Below are positions 37,401 to 48,066 of a DNA stretch of 64,000 nucleotides, piece by piece. Below the pieces are notes generated by a model, which was not told the origin of the DNA, made no database searches, and worked only from the letters and a program-made list of their open reading frames with translations. Position 1 is the stretch's first letter. Each line of letters begins with the position of its first letter. A program made the position numbers and the translations under genes. Source of the DNA: Vicingaceae bacterium (GTDB taxonomy: Bacteria; Bacteroidota; Bacteroidia; Flavobacteriales_E; Vicingaceae); assembly GCA_965267355.1 (NCBI GenBank), contig OZ253956.1, positions 189,654-253,653 on the forward strand. The letters run 5' to 3'.

Positions 37401-39509
37401 TTAATAATTCAGCAAAGAAGATAAAGCCTCAGCAACTTTTTCAGCATTTGGTAATAAAGTAGCTTCTAAAGTAGAGTTTAAAGGTATAGCTGGTGTATCT
37501 ACCGATCCAACAATTTCAATTGGTGCATCTAAATGCTCAAAACAATTCTTCTGGATACGTGCAGCCAACCCTAATGTAAACGAATTTTCACAAGATTCCT
37601 CAGTAACCAACATTACTTTATTGTGTTTTTTCGTAGCATCATACATAGCTTCTACATCTATAGGATTAAGGGTTCTTAAATCAAGAATCTCAATTTGACC
37701 TGAGAACTGCTTAGCAGCTTCTAAACTCCAATATACACCCCTGCCATATGTAATAATTACCGCAGATTCGCCATTATCAACATGGTCTTGCTCAGCCTCA
37801 ATTACTGTCCTCGCCTTTCCAAATGGAATAATATAATCTTCATCTGGTTCAATGGTTTTTGCTCCTTCTGTACCTTTTATTTTACTCCAATACAATCCTT
37901 TATGCTCAAACATCACCACAGGATTTGGGTCGTAATAAGCAGCTTTCATCAAACCTTTTAAATCTGCTCCAGTAGATGGATAAGCTACTTTAACCCCTCT
38001 GATATTGGTAACAACCGATTCAACACTTGATGAATGATAAGGTCCACCTGAACCATAAGCTCCAATCGGAACTCTCAAAATCATACTTACTGGCCATTTT
38101 CCATTTGAGAGATAATAAGAACGGCTTGCTTCTGTAAACAATTGATTTAATCCTGGCCATATATAATCAGCAAACTGAACCTCAACAATAGGTTTTAATC
38201 CTACTGCCGACATGCCAACCGTACTACCAACTATAAATGCTTCCTGAATTGGTGTATTAAAAACTCTATCATCACCAAACTGCTGAGCTAATGTAGCTGC
38301 TTCTCTAAAAACACCACCAATTCTAGCTCCAACATCTTGTCCGTAAAGTAAACATTCCTGATGTTTAGTCATTAACTCTCTGATAGCAAACAATGCTGAA
38401 TCTACCATAACAGTTTTATCCTTACCTGCTGGTTCTCTTACCCCTTTTTCTTCATTTACAGGTGTAGGTGCAAAACAGTAAGTTGTTAAATCTTCTGGTT
38501 TGGGATCTTCTTCAGCTAAAGCTAATTCATAATCTTTAGCTACTAATTTTACTGCAGTGTCTTCAATTTTTTGAAGCACTTTTTCACTTACTCCTAGTTC
38601 AAGTAAATCTTGTTTTAACTTAGGAAAAGGATCTTTACTCCACGCCTCAGCTAACTCTTCTTTATCGTGTCGATAAAACTCCATTCTTACGCCTGAAGTA
38701 TGGTGATTTAATAGAGGTACTTTAGCATGAATAATAAAAGGTCTTCTTTCTTTTCTAACTATTTCTATTACTTCATTTATCGTATTGTAAGATTCAGAAA
38801 AATTAGTACCATCTATGGTTCTAACATCCATTCCTTTAAACCCCTTAGCATAATGGGTAATGTCTTGAGCTCTAGTTTCTTCTGCATTTGCCGAAATATC
38901 CCATTCGTTATCCTGCACCAAGTAGATAATTGGCATTTGTTTTAAAACTGCCATCTGAAAAGCTTCAGAAACTTCCCCTTCAGTACAAGAAGCATCACCC
39001 AAACTACAAACTACAACTGGATTTTCTCCCTTATAATCTTCAGCTAAACCTAATTTTTCTTTATATTGAATACCCATTGCAACACCTGTAGCAGGTATTG
39101 CCTGCATGCCTGTAGCCGAACTCTGATGAGGAATTTTAGGTTTATCATCATCGTTCAAACTTGGATGTGAATAATATGTTCGACCACCTGAAAAAGGATC
39201 GTTTCTTTTAGCTAAAACCTGTAACATTAATTGAAACGGTTTCATTCCAATTCCTAATAAGATACTATCATCACGATAATAAGGAAAAACAAAATCTTGT
39301 GGTTTCAACTGCAAGCCACAAGCTAACTGTATAGCCTCGTGTCCTCTAGATGTAGCATGAACATATTTAGCCGTAACTTCTTTATTCGCTTCATAAAGTT
39401 CAGTTAATGCTTTAGCTTCGCACATTAAACGAAATGCTTCTAAGGCGATATCTTTACTTACTTTATTCTTCAACTTAGTTTTAATACTTTTCTCCGTTAC
39501 TTCTGCCAT
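37401..39509 (-). CDS. fused alpha/beta E1 component of a 2-oxoacid (branched-chain type) dehydrogenase, TPP-dependent
   Basis: 702 aa. N-terminal half is E1-alpha-like (TPP-binding), C-terminal half is E1-beta-like (transketolase Pyr/C domains); a typical Bacteroidota fusion. Confidence 0.8.
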   Translation of the reverse strand: MAEVTEKSIKTKLKNKVSKDIALEAFRLMCEAKALTELYEANKEVTAKYVHATSRGHEAIQLACGLQLKPQDFVFPYYRDDSILLGIGMKPFQLMLQVLAKRNDPFSGGRTYYSHPSLNDDDKPKIPHQSSATGMQAIPATGVAMGIQYKEKLGLAEDYKGENPVVVCSLGDASCTEGEVSEAFQMAVLKQMPIIYLVQDNEWDISANAEETRAQDITHYAKGFKGMDVRTIDGTNFSESYNTINEVIEIVRKERRPFIIHAKVPLLNHHTSGVRMEFYRHDKEELAEAWSKDPFPKLKQDLLELGVSEKVLQKIEDTAVKLVAKDYELALAEEDPKPEDLTTYCFAPTPVNEEKGVREPAGKDKTVMVDSALFAIRELMTKHQECLLYGQDVGARIGGVFREAATLAQQFGDDRVFNTPIQEAFIVGSTVGMSAVGLKPIVEVQFADYIWPGLNQLFTEASRSYYLSNGKWPVSMILRVPIGAYGSGGPYHSSSVESVVTNIRGVKVAYPSTGADLKGLMKAAYYDPNPVVMFEHKGLYWSKIKGTEGAKTIEPDEDYIIPFGKARTVIEAEQDHVDNGESAVIITYGRGVYWSLEAAKQFSGQIEILDLRTLNPIDVEAMYDATKKHNKVMLVTEESCENSFTLGLAARIQKNCFEHLDAPIEIVGSVDTPAIPLNSTLEATLLPNAEKVAEALSSLLNY

Positions 39510-39632
39510 TCCTCTATTTTTGAAAGGATTGTAAAGATAACAAAAATCAATACTAGGAATATTATTTAAAGGATTTCTTAACTGTATTTAACTTAGATTT
39601 TAAACTTTAAAGAATACTTTTACATTTATAAC

Positions 39633-40274
39633 ATGCCTATCTTAACTTCTAAAGAATATAAAATTAGTGAAATGGTTATCCTGTTTTTTGTGATACCCAT
39701 TTTCTTAGCGCTTAATATTTCAATAATCGCTAAAACAATTATAATTGTTTTCGGGCTTTCTTATTGTATTTGGGTTTCAACTAAATTAAAACTAATTACT
39801 AAAACTACTTTAACAGAGTTTAATCTAAAACCTCATTTAAAAAGAGTGGGGTTAACTTTTCTATTTGTAATTGTTTCAAGTTCTATTTTCTTATACTTTA
39901 CTGACCCTAAAAATCTTTTTATAGTTATTAAGGAAAACCCTTTAATGTGGTTTTTTGTTATCATAATATACTCTTTGTTATCTGTTTTACCTCAGGAACT
40001 TTTATATAGAAGTTATTTTTTTAGACGATATTCTGACTCTTTCTTTCCTCCTTATGTTATCATCTTTTTTAACATACTAGCTTTCCCGGTAGGACATTTA
40101 TTTTTTCATAATAACTTAGTGTTAATAGTAACTTTTATTGGTGGAATTTTGTTTACCACTACTTATTTTAAAAGTAAATCTGTACTTCTAACATCTATAG
40201 AGCACGCCATTTATGGAAACTGGTTATTTACAATTGGAATGGGAGAAATGTTAGCTTTTCCAATGCCTAGCTAA
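39633..40274 (+). CDS. CPBP family intramembrane metalloprotease (CAAX protease / Abi)
   Basis: Multi-TM with the EExxxR motif (PQELLYRSYFFRR) and downstream His motifs. Confidence 0.7.
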   Translation: MPILTSKEYKISEMVILFFVIPIFLALNISIIAKTIIIVFGLSYCIWVSTKLKLITKTTLTEFNLKPHLKRVGLTFLFVIVSSSIFLYFTDPKNLFIVIKENPLMWFFVIIIYSLLSVLPQELLYRSYFFRRYSDSFFPPYVIIFFNILAFPVGHLFFHNNLVLIVTFIGGILFTTTYFKSKSVLLTSIEHAIYGNWLFTIGMGEMLAFPMPS

Positions 40275-40275
40275 T

Positions 40276-42534
40276 TTATTCTAAGCTCTTTTTATTATAA
40301 ATTAAATACCCAAAATGGAATAAAAAACTCCATGGTTCATCAAACCTCTCGTAATAATTTAAATTAACAGCTAACGGACCTAGCGGGGTATTATACACCA
40401 ATGCGGATGACAGTATAAATTGTTGTTTAGGCCAAAAAACACCATGATATGGTTTCTTCTGATTATCTTGTAAAATCTCCTGATAAGGTTGATACATATA
40501 AGCTTCTAATCTTAATTGCAAATTCTTAAGCAAATAGTTTACATTCTTTATTCCCAAAGCAAAATAAGAGTGAGCTCTGAAATTTTCCTGAAAAAGAGTT
40601 TTACTCTCAGAAATTGGCTGAAAAGCTGGAGCAGATAATACTGATGCAGTATAATTATTAAAGAAAGGTTGAACACTGTAAACTCCCTCACCAAACAAAC
40701 CAAACCTAACATTAGAGTTCTCATTAAAATATTTATCATATGTGATTTTTAATTGAAACCAATTAAAAATGGTATCAAATTCATCTTTGATAATAGAAGT
40801 TGATCCAGGAATGGTGTGTTCATCACCTCTCACAAACTTTCCGCCAATTGAAAAGAAGCTACCCTTAGACGCATATTGTTTTAGATCATGAGAATTACGC
40901 TCAAACCTTAGACCTATAGAGTAATTTCTAAACTTCGTTTGATCAGTAGTATCAGTAGAAATAAAATCTTTAGTCTGATAATATCGGTTAGTTAGTTCAC
41001 CTATGGTTCCATCTAAAATTATTTTCCCTTTGTATGAAACAGGAAATCCGAATTCCGTTTTAAAATACTGATCCTCTTGGACCAGAAATGATGGTTTGGT
41101 ATCTTCAAAAAAACTAGTACTACTTTTAAAATAATCCCATCCATCAATAGTAAATGTTGTTTTCCAATAAAAAGGAATTTGAAAAGGAAAATCAAATCGG
41201 AAACCCGCTGAAACAGAGTTATGCAATTTACCAAAGTAAGTATTAGCTAATAAAGTAATGGCTGTTTTACTTAAAATATTGTATTGCAATCCAATAAAAG
41301 CTTCATTAATAGGACGAGATGAAAAAGTACCTCCAAAAGAAACAAATAAATCTTTTTCTTTTTTTGCTCTTAAATTTAAGGTGTATTTACCTGTGTTTTT
41401 ATTATAAACAGCTTGCGGATAAATTGATTTTATTTTATCGTCTGATGCTACTTTAATATATTCAGATTTTAATTCTTCTGCTGTAGCTGTTTCGCCTTTA
41501 AATCTTATAGATTTTCTAACATATTTGTTTTGTGCAGGTGTTAATCCAGTAATAGAAACATCTTCAAAAACTAGAGGAGGTAACGATTTTCTGTATTGAT
41601 TTCGTTTTTCAACTAATTCTAATCTATTTACTCTTCGAGTAACATTTTTTTTAATCGAATCTATTTGGGCAATGGTAGCAACATAACCAATATCAATAAG
41701 CCTTTGGTTATTGTTAAAATCAAATAAAGAAAATTCGTTCGCTTCAGGCTCTATCATAATAGCGTTATCACAATTAATAGAATACTCACTATTATCAGCT
41801 ATAATAGCTTTTATTTGTGAAACTAAATTATCCTCATCTGGCGGATCGAAATTTGAAGACACGTTACTACCAATAATATAATCTGGTAAAAACTCATCAT
41901 ACATCACATCTGATGGAAAATTATTGTAGAGTCCACCATCAAACAATAACATATCTTGGTAAGGAATTGGTGTTAGGTAAAAAGGATATGCCATAGAAGC
42001 TCTAACTGCAGTAGCCAAACTTCCATCTTTTAAAACCACTGCTTCTTTTTTTACTACATCAGAGGCAACACATCTAAACGGTATAAATAAATTGTCAAAA
42101 TTATTTTCTGAAGCTGCTGTAGCTGGAGCAAAATACCTCATCAAACCATAATCAACAGCAGTTGGAGAAGTTAAATTCGTAGGGATAGTGGTTTCTAAAA
42201 CGGTATCTAAATCTACTTTTAATTTAAACATGGTAGGATCATTTTCCTTTTCTCTTAAATAGTAAACATAATTTTCGTCTAAAACCCCTTCTGCCCATTT
42301 TTTAAATTGATCAGAAACAAACAACTCCTCTATTTCTTCTGGTGAATATCCTGAGGAGTACAATGCTCCCACTAAAGCTCCCATTGAAGTCCCAGCAATG
42401 TAATCTATTGGAATTTCATTTTCTTCCAATGCTTTTAAAACTCCAATATGTGAAACACCACTGGAGCCTCCACCGCTAAATACTAAACCAACTTTTTGAC
42501 TGAAAACAGAAAAAGATAAAATGGTTAAAACCAA
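40276..42534 (-). CDS. patatin-like phospholipase fused to a C-terminal Omp85/D15-type outer-membrane beta-barrel (PlpD-like)
   Basis: Patatin G-G-x-R/K and GxSxG motifs (FSGGGSSG, GTSMGA), then a long beta-rich C-terminus ending in aromatic-rich strands. The ORF has a TTG start, and in-frame upstream codons encode a hydrophobic signal-like peptide without an ATG. Confidence 0.7.
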   Translation of the reverse strand: MVLTILSFSVFSQKVGLVFSGGGSSGVSHIGVLKALEENEIPIDYIAGTSMGALVGALYSSGYSPEEIEELFVSDQFKKWAEGVLDENYVYYLREKENDPTMFKLKVDLDTVLETTIPTNLTSPTAVDYGLMRYFAPATAASENNFDNLFIPFRCVASDVVKKEAVVLKDGSLATAVRASMAYPFYLTPIPYQDMLLFDGGLYNNFPSDVMYDEFLPDYIIGSNVSSNFDPPDEDNLVSQIKAIIADNSEYSINCDNAIMIEPEANEFSLFDFNNNQRLIDIGYVATIAQIDSIKKNVTRRVNRLELVEKRNQYRKSLPPLVFEDVSITGLTPAQNKYVRKSIRFKGETATAEELKSEYIKVASDDKIKSIYPQAVYNKNTGKYTLNLRAKKEKDLFVSFGGTFSSRPINEAFIGLQYNILSKTAITLLANTYFGKLHNSVSAGFRFDFPFQIPFYWKTTFTIDGWDYFKSSTSFFEDTKPSFLVQEDQYFKTEFGFPVSYKGKIILDGTIGELTNRYYQTKDFISTDTTDQTKFRNYSIGLRFERNSHDLKQYASKGSFFSIGGKFVRGDEHTIPGSTSIIKDEFDTIFNWFQLKITYDKYFNENSNVRFGLFGEGVYSVQPFFNNYTASVLSAPAFQPISESKTLFQENFRAHSYFALGIKNVNYLLKNLQLRLEAYMYQPYQEILQDNQKKPYHGVFWPKQQFILSSALVYNTPLGPLAVNLNYYERFDEPWSFLFHFGYLIYNKKSLE

Positions 42535-42590
42535 CAGTATGGTAAATTTACTGAGCTTAATGACAGTGATTTTAGTATTAAGCGTGAAAG

Positions 42591-43376
42591 TTAAGCCATT
42601 TTTTCTATCAAACCAACAAAGTAATTAGGAGCTTGTTTTAGTCGAGAACCGTACCACGAGTAAAACTCTCCATCAACCAACATAATTTTAGAATCAGGAA
42701 ACTCTTGTTGCAATTCTAATTGATGCTTTTCTTTAAAAGGAAATGGTTCTGATGATAAAAAGATATAATCTGGCTCCATATTTTTAATGCTTTCAACTGA
42801 TAATTCGGGGTAACGTTCAGCATTCTTAATCACGTTTTTAAAACCACACTTACTCAACATATCGTGAATAAAAGTTGATGTACCTACACTCATATATGGG
42901 TTTTGCCAAATGAAATACAAAACACTTTTTGAGTTTTTTTTCAATTCAGCTAACTTGTTAAACTCTTTTTGTATTGTAGACGCAATTTGTTTTGCTTGTT
43001 CTTTAGCATGAGTTATTTTGCCAATACCCACTATCATTTCTAAGCTATCATTCAGGTTGGAAATATCACTCGTATAAACAGGATATTTCGTTTTCAGCAA
43101 TTCAATTTCAGATTGGGTATTTTCTTCTTTATTGGCAATTATCAAATCAGGATTTAGGTTTTCTATTTTCTCAAAATTTAATGTTTTTGTTCCTCCTACT
43201 CTTGCTTTAGTTTTAAACCATTCTTGCGGATGAACGCAGAATTTAGTAATTCCAACAACTCTATCTTCTAAACCTAAATCGTAAAGCAATTCTGTTTGAG
43301 ATGGAACTAATGATATTATCCTTTCTGGTGTTTGCTTTAACTCAAACTGATGCCCTATTTGATCAGTTACCATCAT
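42591..43376 (-). CDS. ABC-transporter-type periplasmic binding protein of the cobalamin/Fe-siderophore (BtuF/TroA-like) class; no obvious signal peptide
   Basis: The RIISLVPSQTELLYDLGLEDRVVGIT pattern typical of helical-backbone binding proteins. Confidence 0.55.
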   Translation of the reverse strand: MMVTDQIGHQFELKQTPERIISLVPSQTELLYDLGLEDRVVGITKFCVHPQEWFKTKARVGGTKTLNFEKIENLNPDLIIANKEENTQSEIELLKTKYPVYTSDISNLNDSLEMIVGIGKITHAKEQAKQIASTIQKEFNKLAELKKNSKSVLYFIWQNPYMSVGTSTFIHDMLSKCGFKNVIKNAERYPELSVESIKNMEPDYIFLSSEPFPFKEKHQLELQQEFPDSKIMLVDGEFYSWYGSRLKQAPNYFVGLIEKMA

Positions 43377-44686
43377 TCTGATTTTAATAAAACAATCTCT
43401 TTTGTAGTGTCAGAAATTTTAAAATTATCATCTATACGATAACCAATAATCCATACTATTTGATTACTCGAAACCAATACTTGAGATTTCTGTTTAGAAA
43501 TTAAATCAACTTTTTCATCAATAAAAAAATCACTAAGTTTCTTTTTTCCTGTCATACCCAATGGCTGAAAAACATCTCCCTGTTCCCAGTTTCTAATGAT
43601 TAGAGGAAATGTTAACTTATCTAAATCTAAAAAAGCGTAATTGGAAGGTTTATTAAAATCAATTGCTGTTGCTCCAATTCTCTTAAAAGTTATAGTTGTA
43701 TTCTGAAAGCCTTCTAATGAATGAATAACTTTTTGTTCTTGTCGTGTGTTATCAAGTTCAGTAAGAATTAAATACTCCCTATCCTTTACCAATTGGTCTG
43801 TTTCAGAGTAAAATACTTTACCTGAATCTGAATCTAAAGCCTCAACAATATCTTGGATATTACTACCATTAAAACCAAAAGGCTGCAAAAAATAATAGAG
43901 ATAGGTATGAAGAGGTTTAAGTTCTCTCAGTTTTTCAATTGAAAATAAAATCTTATTCTCATCAGAAGATGATGTACATTTCACTAATTCCTCCTCAATC
44001 TTTTGAAATAATATTTCTTCAGCATCTGAGATATAATCAGCAGTTTGAACAATGCTTTCAGCAACATTAGAGTTTAATTTTTCTAATTCTGGCATTACCT
44101 TATGTCGGATAGCATTTCTTAAATATTTTGTATCTGCATTTGAAGCATCTTCTCTGTAGGAGATCTCATTTCCTGAAACATATTCATCAATTTCACCTCT
44201 TGTAAAACACAATAAAGGACGAACTATACCCTTAATGTTTTTTATACCATGTAATCCAGACAAACCTGTACCTTTGGTAAGGTTTATCAGCATAGTTTCT
44301 GCCACATCATTTTTGTGATGAGCTGTTGCGATAATAGCATAATTGTTTGTAGTTTTAATATCTTGAAACCAATTATACCTCAACTCGCGAGCTGCCATTT
44401 GTATTGACAACTTATTCTTTTTAGCATATTGTTGCGTATTAAAAGCAGTTGAATGAAAAGGTATAGAGTGATTTTCACAAAACTGTTGTACTAGCCTCTC
44501 ATCTTTATTTGCATCTTCCTTTCTCAGCTTAAAATTACAATGTGCTACTCCAAAACTAAAATCGGTTGCTTTAAATAAATGCAGCATAGCCATCGAGTCT
44601 TTTCCTCCACTTACAGCTAATAGCACCTTTTGACTTTTATCAAAAAGTTGATTATCAGAAATATATTTTAAAAATTTATCAAGCAT
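43373..44686 (-). CDS. tilS: tRNA(Ile)-lysidine synthetase
   Basis: PP-loop SGGKDSMAM and the TilS C-terminal domain. Confidence 0.8.
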   Translation of the reverse strand: MLDKFLKYISDNQLFDKSQKVLLAVSGGKDSMAMLHLFKATDFSFGVAHCNFKLRKEDANKDERLVQQFCENHSIPFHSTAFNTQQYAKKNKLSIQMAARELRYNWFQDIKTTNNYAIIATAHHKNDVAETMLINLTKGTGLSGLHGIKNIKGIVRPLLCFTRGEIDEYVSGNEISYREDASNADTKYLRNAIRHKVMPELEKLNSNVAESIVQTADYISDAEEILFQKIEEELVKCTSSSDENKILFSIEKLRELKPLHTYLYYFLQPFGFNGSNIQDIVEALDSDSGKVFYSETDQLVKDREYLILTELDNTRQEQKVIHSLEGFQNTTITFKRIGATAIDFNKPSNYAFLDLDKLTFPLIIRNWEQGDVFQPLGMTGKKKLSDFFIDEKVDLISKQKSQVLVSSNQIVWIIGYRIDDNFKISDTTKEIVLLKSE

Positions 44687-45893
44687 TATTACTCAAAACT
44701 TCCATCATAGCTTTGGCTTTTAGCAGGCATTCATCATACTCCTTCTCGGGATTAGAATTTGCTGTAATAGCCCCACCAACGATAAACGAAAGGTAATTAT
44801 TTTTTTGGTTGTAAGTAATACTTCTAATAACTACGTTAAAATCAAAATCTCCTTTATCATTAATATAACCAACTGTACCTGAATAAATTCCACGTTTAGT
44901 AGTTTCATATTGCTCAATCAACTCCATTGCTCTAATTTTTGGTGCTCCGGTCATTGAACCCATTGGAAATGTGGCATTAATGATTTTATCAAAATCAATA
45001 GGTTCTTTTAATTGAGCTGAAACTGTAGAAATCATTTGATGTACCTGAGGAAAAGTATAAATACCAAAAAGCTCATCTACATTAACCGTTGCTTTTTGTG
45101 CAACTTTTGATAGGTCATTTCTTACCAAATCAACAATCATTACGTTTTCTGATTGTTCTTTAGGATCGTTTAACAGTTGTTGCTTTAATACCTCATCTTC
45201 TGCATAGGTCTGCCCTCTTTTTATAGTGCCTTTAATGGGTTGAGAAATAATTCTATTGCCTACTTTTTTGATAAATCGCTCTGGTGAAGCACACATCAAA
45301 TAGTTATCATCACACTTTGCAAAGCAAGAAAAAGGGGTTGGCGATTTTTCATTCAATTTTAAATAAATTGATAAAGGGTTTATTTCAGCTTGCTCAGCAA
45401 AAAACTCCTGACAAAAGTTAACTTCATAAATATCACCTAATTGAATATGATTCAATAGTTTATTAACTTTTTCTATATATTCAATTTTAGAAATTCTTGG
45501 CGTTAATTGAATTGACTGATTTTCCGTTTCACGTAAATCAACTGATTTAATTTTTTCAATTAACTCATCAATATTTTCTTTCGTATAATACTCAACTTCA
45601 ACCTCATGATCTGATATTTTAAAAAGCAATTCAGGGCTAAAAAAATGCTTTTCTGAAAAATTTACCTCATCAATATTTGAAGAAGTTAATTGTTCTATCT
45701 GATTTTTATAATCGTAACTGATAAAACCAAATTGCCAATTTTTATCTCTTACCTCATCAGAATTTGAAACTGCAAATAAGTTTTGAGTACCATCATTACC
45801 GTTTAAAAACACTAGGTTTTTAAAACTGCTGTAATAGTATAAAAGTTGCTCTTGAAAACGGGCTTTATCTTCAATAAAAAAAGAATCACCCAT
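44679..45893 (-). CDS. pabB: aminodeoxychorismate synthase component I / chorismate-binding enzyme
   Basis: Chorismate-binding C-terminal domain pattern (PKIRAMELIEQYE...GIYSGTVGY). Confidence 0.6.
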   Translation of the reverse strand: MGDSFFIEDKARFQEQLLYYYSSFKNLVFLNGNDGTQNLFAVSNSDEVRDKNWQFGFISYDYKNQIEQLTSSNIDEVNFSEKHFFSPELLFKISDHEVEVEYYTKENIDELIEKIKSVDLRETENQSIQLTPRISKIEYIEKVNKLLNHIQLGDIYEVNFCQEFFAEQAEINPLSIYLKLNEKSPTPFSCFAKCDDNYLMCASPERFIKKVGNRIISQPIKGTIKRGQTYAEDEVLKQQLLNDPKEQSENVMIVDLVRNDLSKVAQKATVNVDELFGIYTFPQVHQMISTVSAQLKEPIDFDKIINATFPMGSMTGAPKIRAMELIEQYETTKRGIYSGTVGYINDKGDFDFNVVIRSITYNQKNNYLSFIVGGAITANSNPEKEYDECLLKAKAMMEVLSNNA

Positions 45894-46798
45894 TAAACGA
45901 TAAATTTTAATTGCTTTGTAACAATAGCTAAACCTTCTTCAAAACTACAAGGAGAATAATCTAAATCGTTAATGGCTTTATCCAAAACAAAGCCTGTTTT
46001 GGGTGGACGTTTAGCTGCCTGATTAAGACTCTTTGATGAGATAGGGGTGATGATAGATTTATCGTAACCGTAAAAATCAGCAACTCGATTTACCAAATCA
46101 ATAATACTCATGGTATCTTTTCCTGACAAATGATAAATTCCTTCAGCACCTTTTTCAGCAATTAACCAGCAACCCATAGCCAAATCTTCAGCTAATGTTG
46201 GAGAGCGGAACTGGTCGTTTACAATAGTTAATGGATTGCCTTTTTCTAATGCTTCTTTTGCCCAAAGCACAATATTACTTCTGCTCATATCTTCTACTAC
46301 TCCATACACAATAATGGTACGAACTATACTCCATTTTATGTTGCTTTGTTGTAATAGTTTTTCTGCTTCGTATTTCGATTTTCCGTAATAACTCAATGGA
46401 TTAGGCTGGTCCGTTTCTTTGTAGGGTCCTGCTTCACCATCAAAAACAAAATCTGTTGACAAATGAATTAAATGAGTATTGTACTTTTCTGATGCTACTA
46501 CTAAATACTTAACTGCATTTACGTTTAAATCCCAGCACAATTCCTTATTATCTTCACAAGCATCTACATTGGTCATAGCTGCAGTATTGATAACTACATT
46601 TGGTTTAAATGTTTCAAAAACAACATTCACTTCTTCTGGCTTAGTAATATCTAAAGAATGATACTGATAACCACTAACCTTGGTAACTCTATTTTCTCCT
46701 TTAGAAGTGGCTATCAAATCAATATCATCTTTACCTGCCAATAATTTAACTAATTTTTGACCTAAAAGACCATTGCTTCCAGTTACCAGAATTCTCAT
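45893..46798 (-). CDS. dTDP-4-dehydrorhamnose reductase-like (RmlD-type) NAD(P)-dependent SDR
   Basis: N-terminal Rossmann MRILVTGSNGLLG and RmlD-like length. Confidence 0.5.
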   Translation of the reverse strand: MRILVTGSNGLLGQKLVKLLAGKDDIDLIATSKGENRVTKVSGYQYHSLDITKPEEVNVVFETFKPNVVINTAAMTNVDACEDNKELCWDLNVNAVKYLVVASEKYNTHLIHLSTDFVFDGEAGPYKETDQPNPLSYYGKSKYEAEKLLQQSNIKWSIVRTIIVYGVVEDMSRSNIVLWAKEALEKGNPLTIVNDQFRSPTLAEDLAMGCWLIAEKGAEGIYHLSGKDTMSIIDLVNRVADFYGYDKSIITPISSKSLNQAAKRPPKTGFVLDKAINDLDYSPCSFEEGLAIVTKQLKFIV

Positions 46799-46801
46799 TC
46801 T

Positions 46802-47854
46802 TTATTTTTTTAAGATGGATTGTTGAGCGGTAAAATCTCTAAAGGCATCTATCTGCGCTAAGGTACCCAAAACAAATATTTTTGCTTGAGGCATAATAAT
46901 AGTGTCTGGCGAAGGGTTAATGATGTATTCTCCTTCGGGAGTTCTAAAACCAACAATATTGGCACCTGATTTATCTCTTATACCAAGTTCACGGATAGAT
47001 TTATTTTTCAACTCATCAGGCAAATTTTCAAAAGTTATTTCTTCTAAGTTAATAGAGCTTGTTCCTTGTCCCATTACATAATCCATAAATTCAATTACGT
47101 CAGGTTTAATAACTAATGATGCCATATGAGCCCCACCAATTTTATCAGGCATTATTACATTGTCAGCTCCCGCTCTTCTTAGTTTTTTATCCGAATTATC
47201 TTTAGATGCTCTACTAATTATTAAAAGATCAGAATTCATTTCACGAGCAGTAAGTACTACAAAAAGATTATCAGCATCATTGGGTAAAGTAGTAATTAAA
47301 GCCTTTGCACAATCTATTCCAGCTTTTTCCAGATATTTTTCCTGGGTAGCATCACCCTCTACAAAAGGAATATCATGAGCTTCTCTTAATATTTCAATCA
47401 ACTCTTTATCTTGCTCTATTACAACAAATTTTCTGTTATGAGCTCGAAGCTCCTGAACAGCCTGTTTTCCATTTCTACCATAGCCGCAGATTATAGTATG
47501 ATTGCTTAATTTACTCACTGTTTTATTGATTCTTAAATCTTTAAAATAAATTTTATACTCACCATCTAATATATAATTAGAAATGGACGTAACTGCATAC
47601 ACAAATGTACTAAAGCTAAAGATAATTAAAATTGCTGTAAATAAACGTCCTTCTTGTGATAATGGTCTTACCTCATTAAAACCAACAGTAGAAACCGTAA
47701 TAACGGTCATGTAAATTGCCTCAGGCAAAGTATAATCCTCAATAAGTATAAAACCAGCAACTCCTGCACATAAAATGGCTATGAGCACCATGAGTGCAAA
47801 GTAAATTTTTCGGAAATACTTAAAATTAAATAGCGTATAGCTTAAATATCCCAA
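46802..47854 (-). CDS. two-TM potassium-channel-like protein with RCK (TrkA-N/TrkA-C) cytoplasmic domains
   Basis: Pore-helix/filter-like TVSTVGFNE (a TVGFN variant of TVGYG) and the RCK Rossmann motif IICGYGRNG. Confidence 0.65.
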   Translation of the reverse strand: MGYLSYTLFNFKYFRKIYFALMVLIAILCAGVAGFILIEDYTLPEAIYMTVITVSTVGFNEVRPLSQEGRLFTAILIIFSFSTFVYAVTSISNYILDGEYKIYFKDLRINKTVSKLSNHTIICGYGRNGKQAVQELRAHNRKFVVIEQDKELIEILREAHDIPFVEGDATQEKYLEKAGIDCAKALITTLPNDADNLFVVLTAREMNSDLLIISRASKDNSDKKLRRAGADNVIMPDKIGGAHMASLVIKPDVIEFMDYVMGQGTSSINLEEITFENLPDELKNKSIRELGIRDKSGANIVGFRTPEGEYIINPSPDTIIMPQAKIFVLGTLAQIDAFRDFTAQQSILKK

Positions 47855-48066
47855 ACCGACCTTCTTTTTTGAAATTTAAAATACTCTTTATGCTCTAAAA
47901 TAAAAGCCATAATTAAGTACACAAAAATAGGCGAACCAAAAGTTAAAAAAGATAAATAAATAAAAAACATTCTGATACGGCTTGATTTTAACTGAAGCTT
48001 TTCACCCCACCAAGCACAAACACCAAAAGCATATTTTTCGAAAAAAGATAAAATTTTATTAATCAT
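47842..48066 (-). CDS. PspC-domain membrane protein
   Basis: 74 aa showing the PspC pattern (G.CA...........R..F.....T.G...) plus a TM helix. Confidence 0.45.
   Translation of the reverse strand: MINKILSFFEKYAFGVCAWWGEKLQLKSSRIRMFFIYLSFLTFGSPIFVYLIMAFILEHKEYFKFQKRRSVWDI

Noticed and set aside
42535-42594. Missing ATG for the patatin-Omp85 signal peptide, considered as a possible frameshift or pseudogene
   Set aside because: The reading frame is intact for 752 codons with all catalytic motifs. A TTG or other non-ATG start is more parsimonious than pseudogenisation. The point is kept as a note within the PlpD-like finding.
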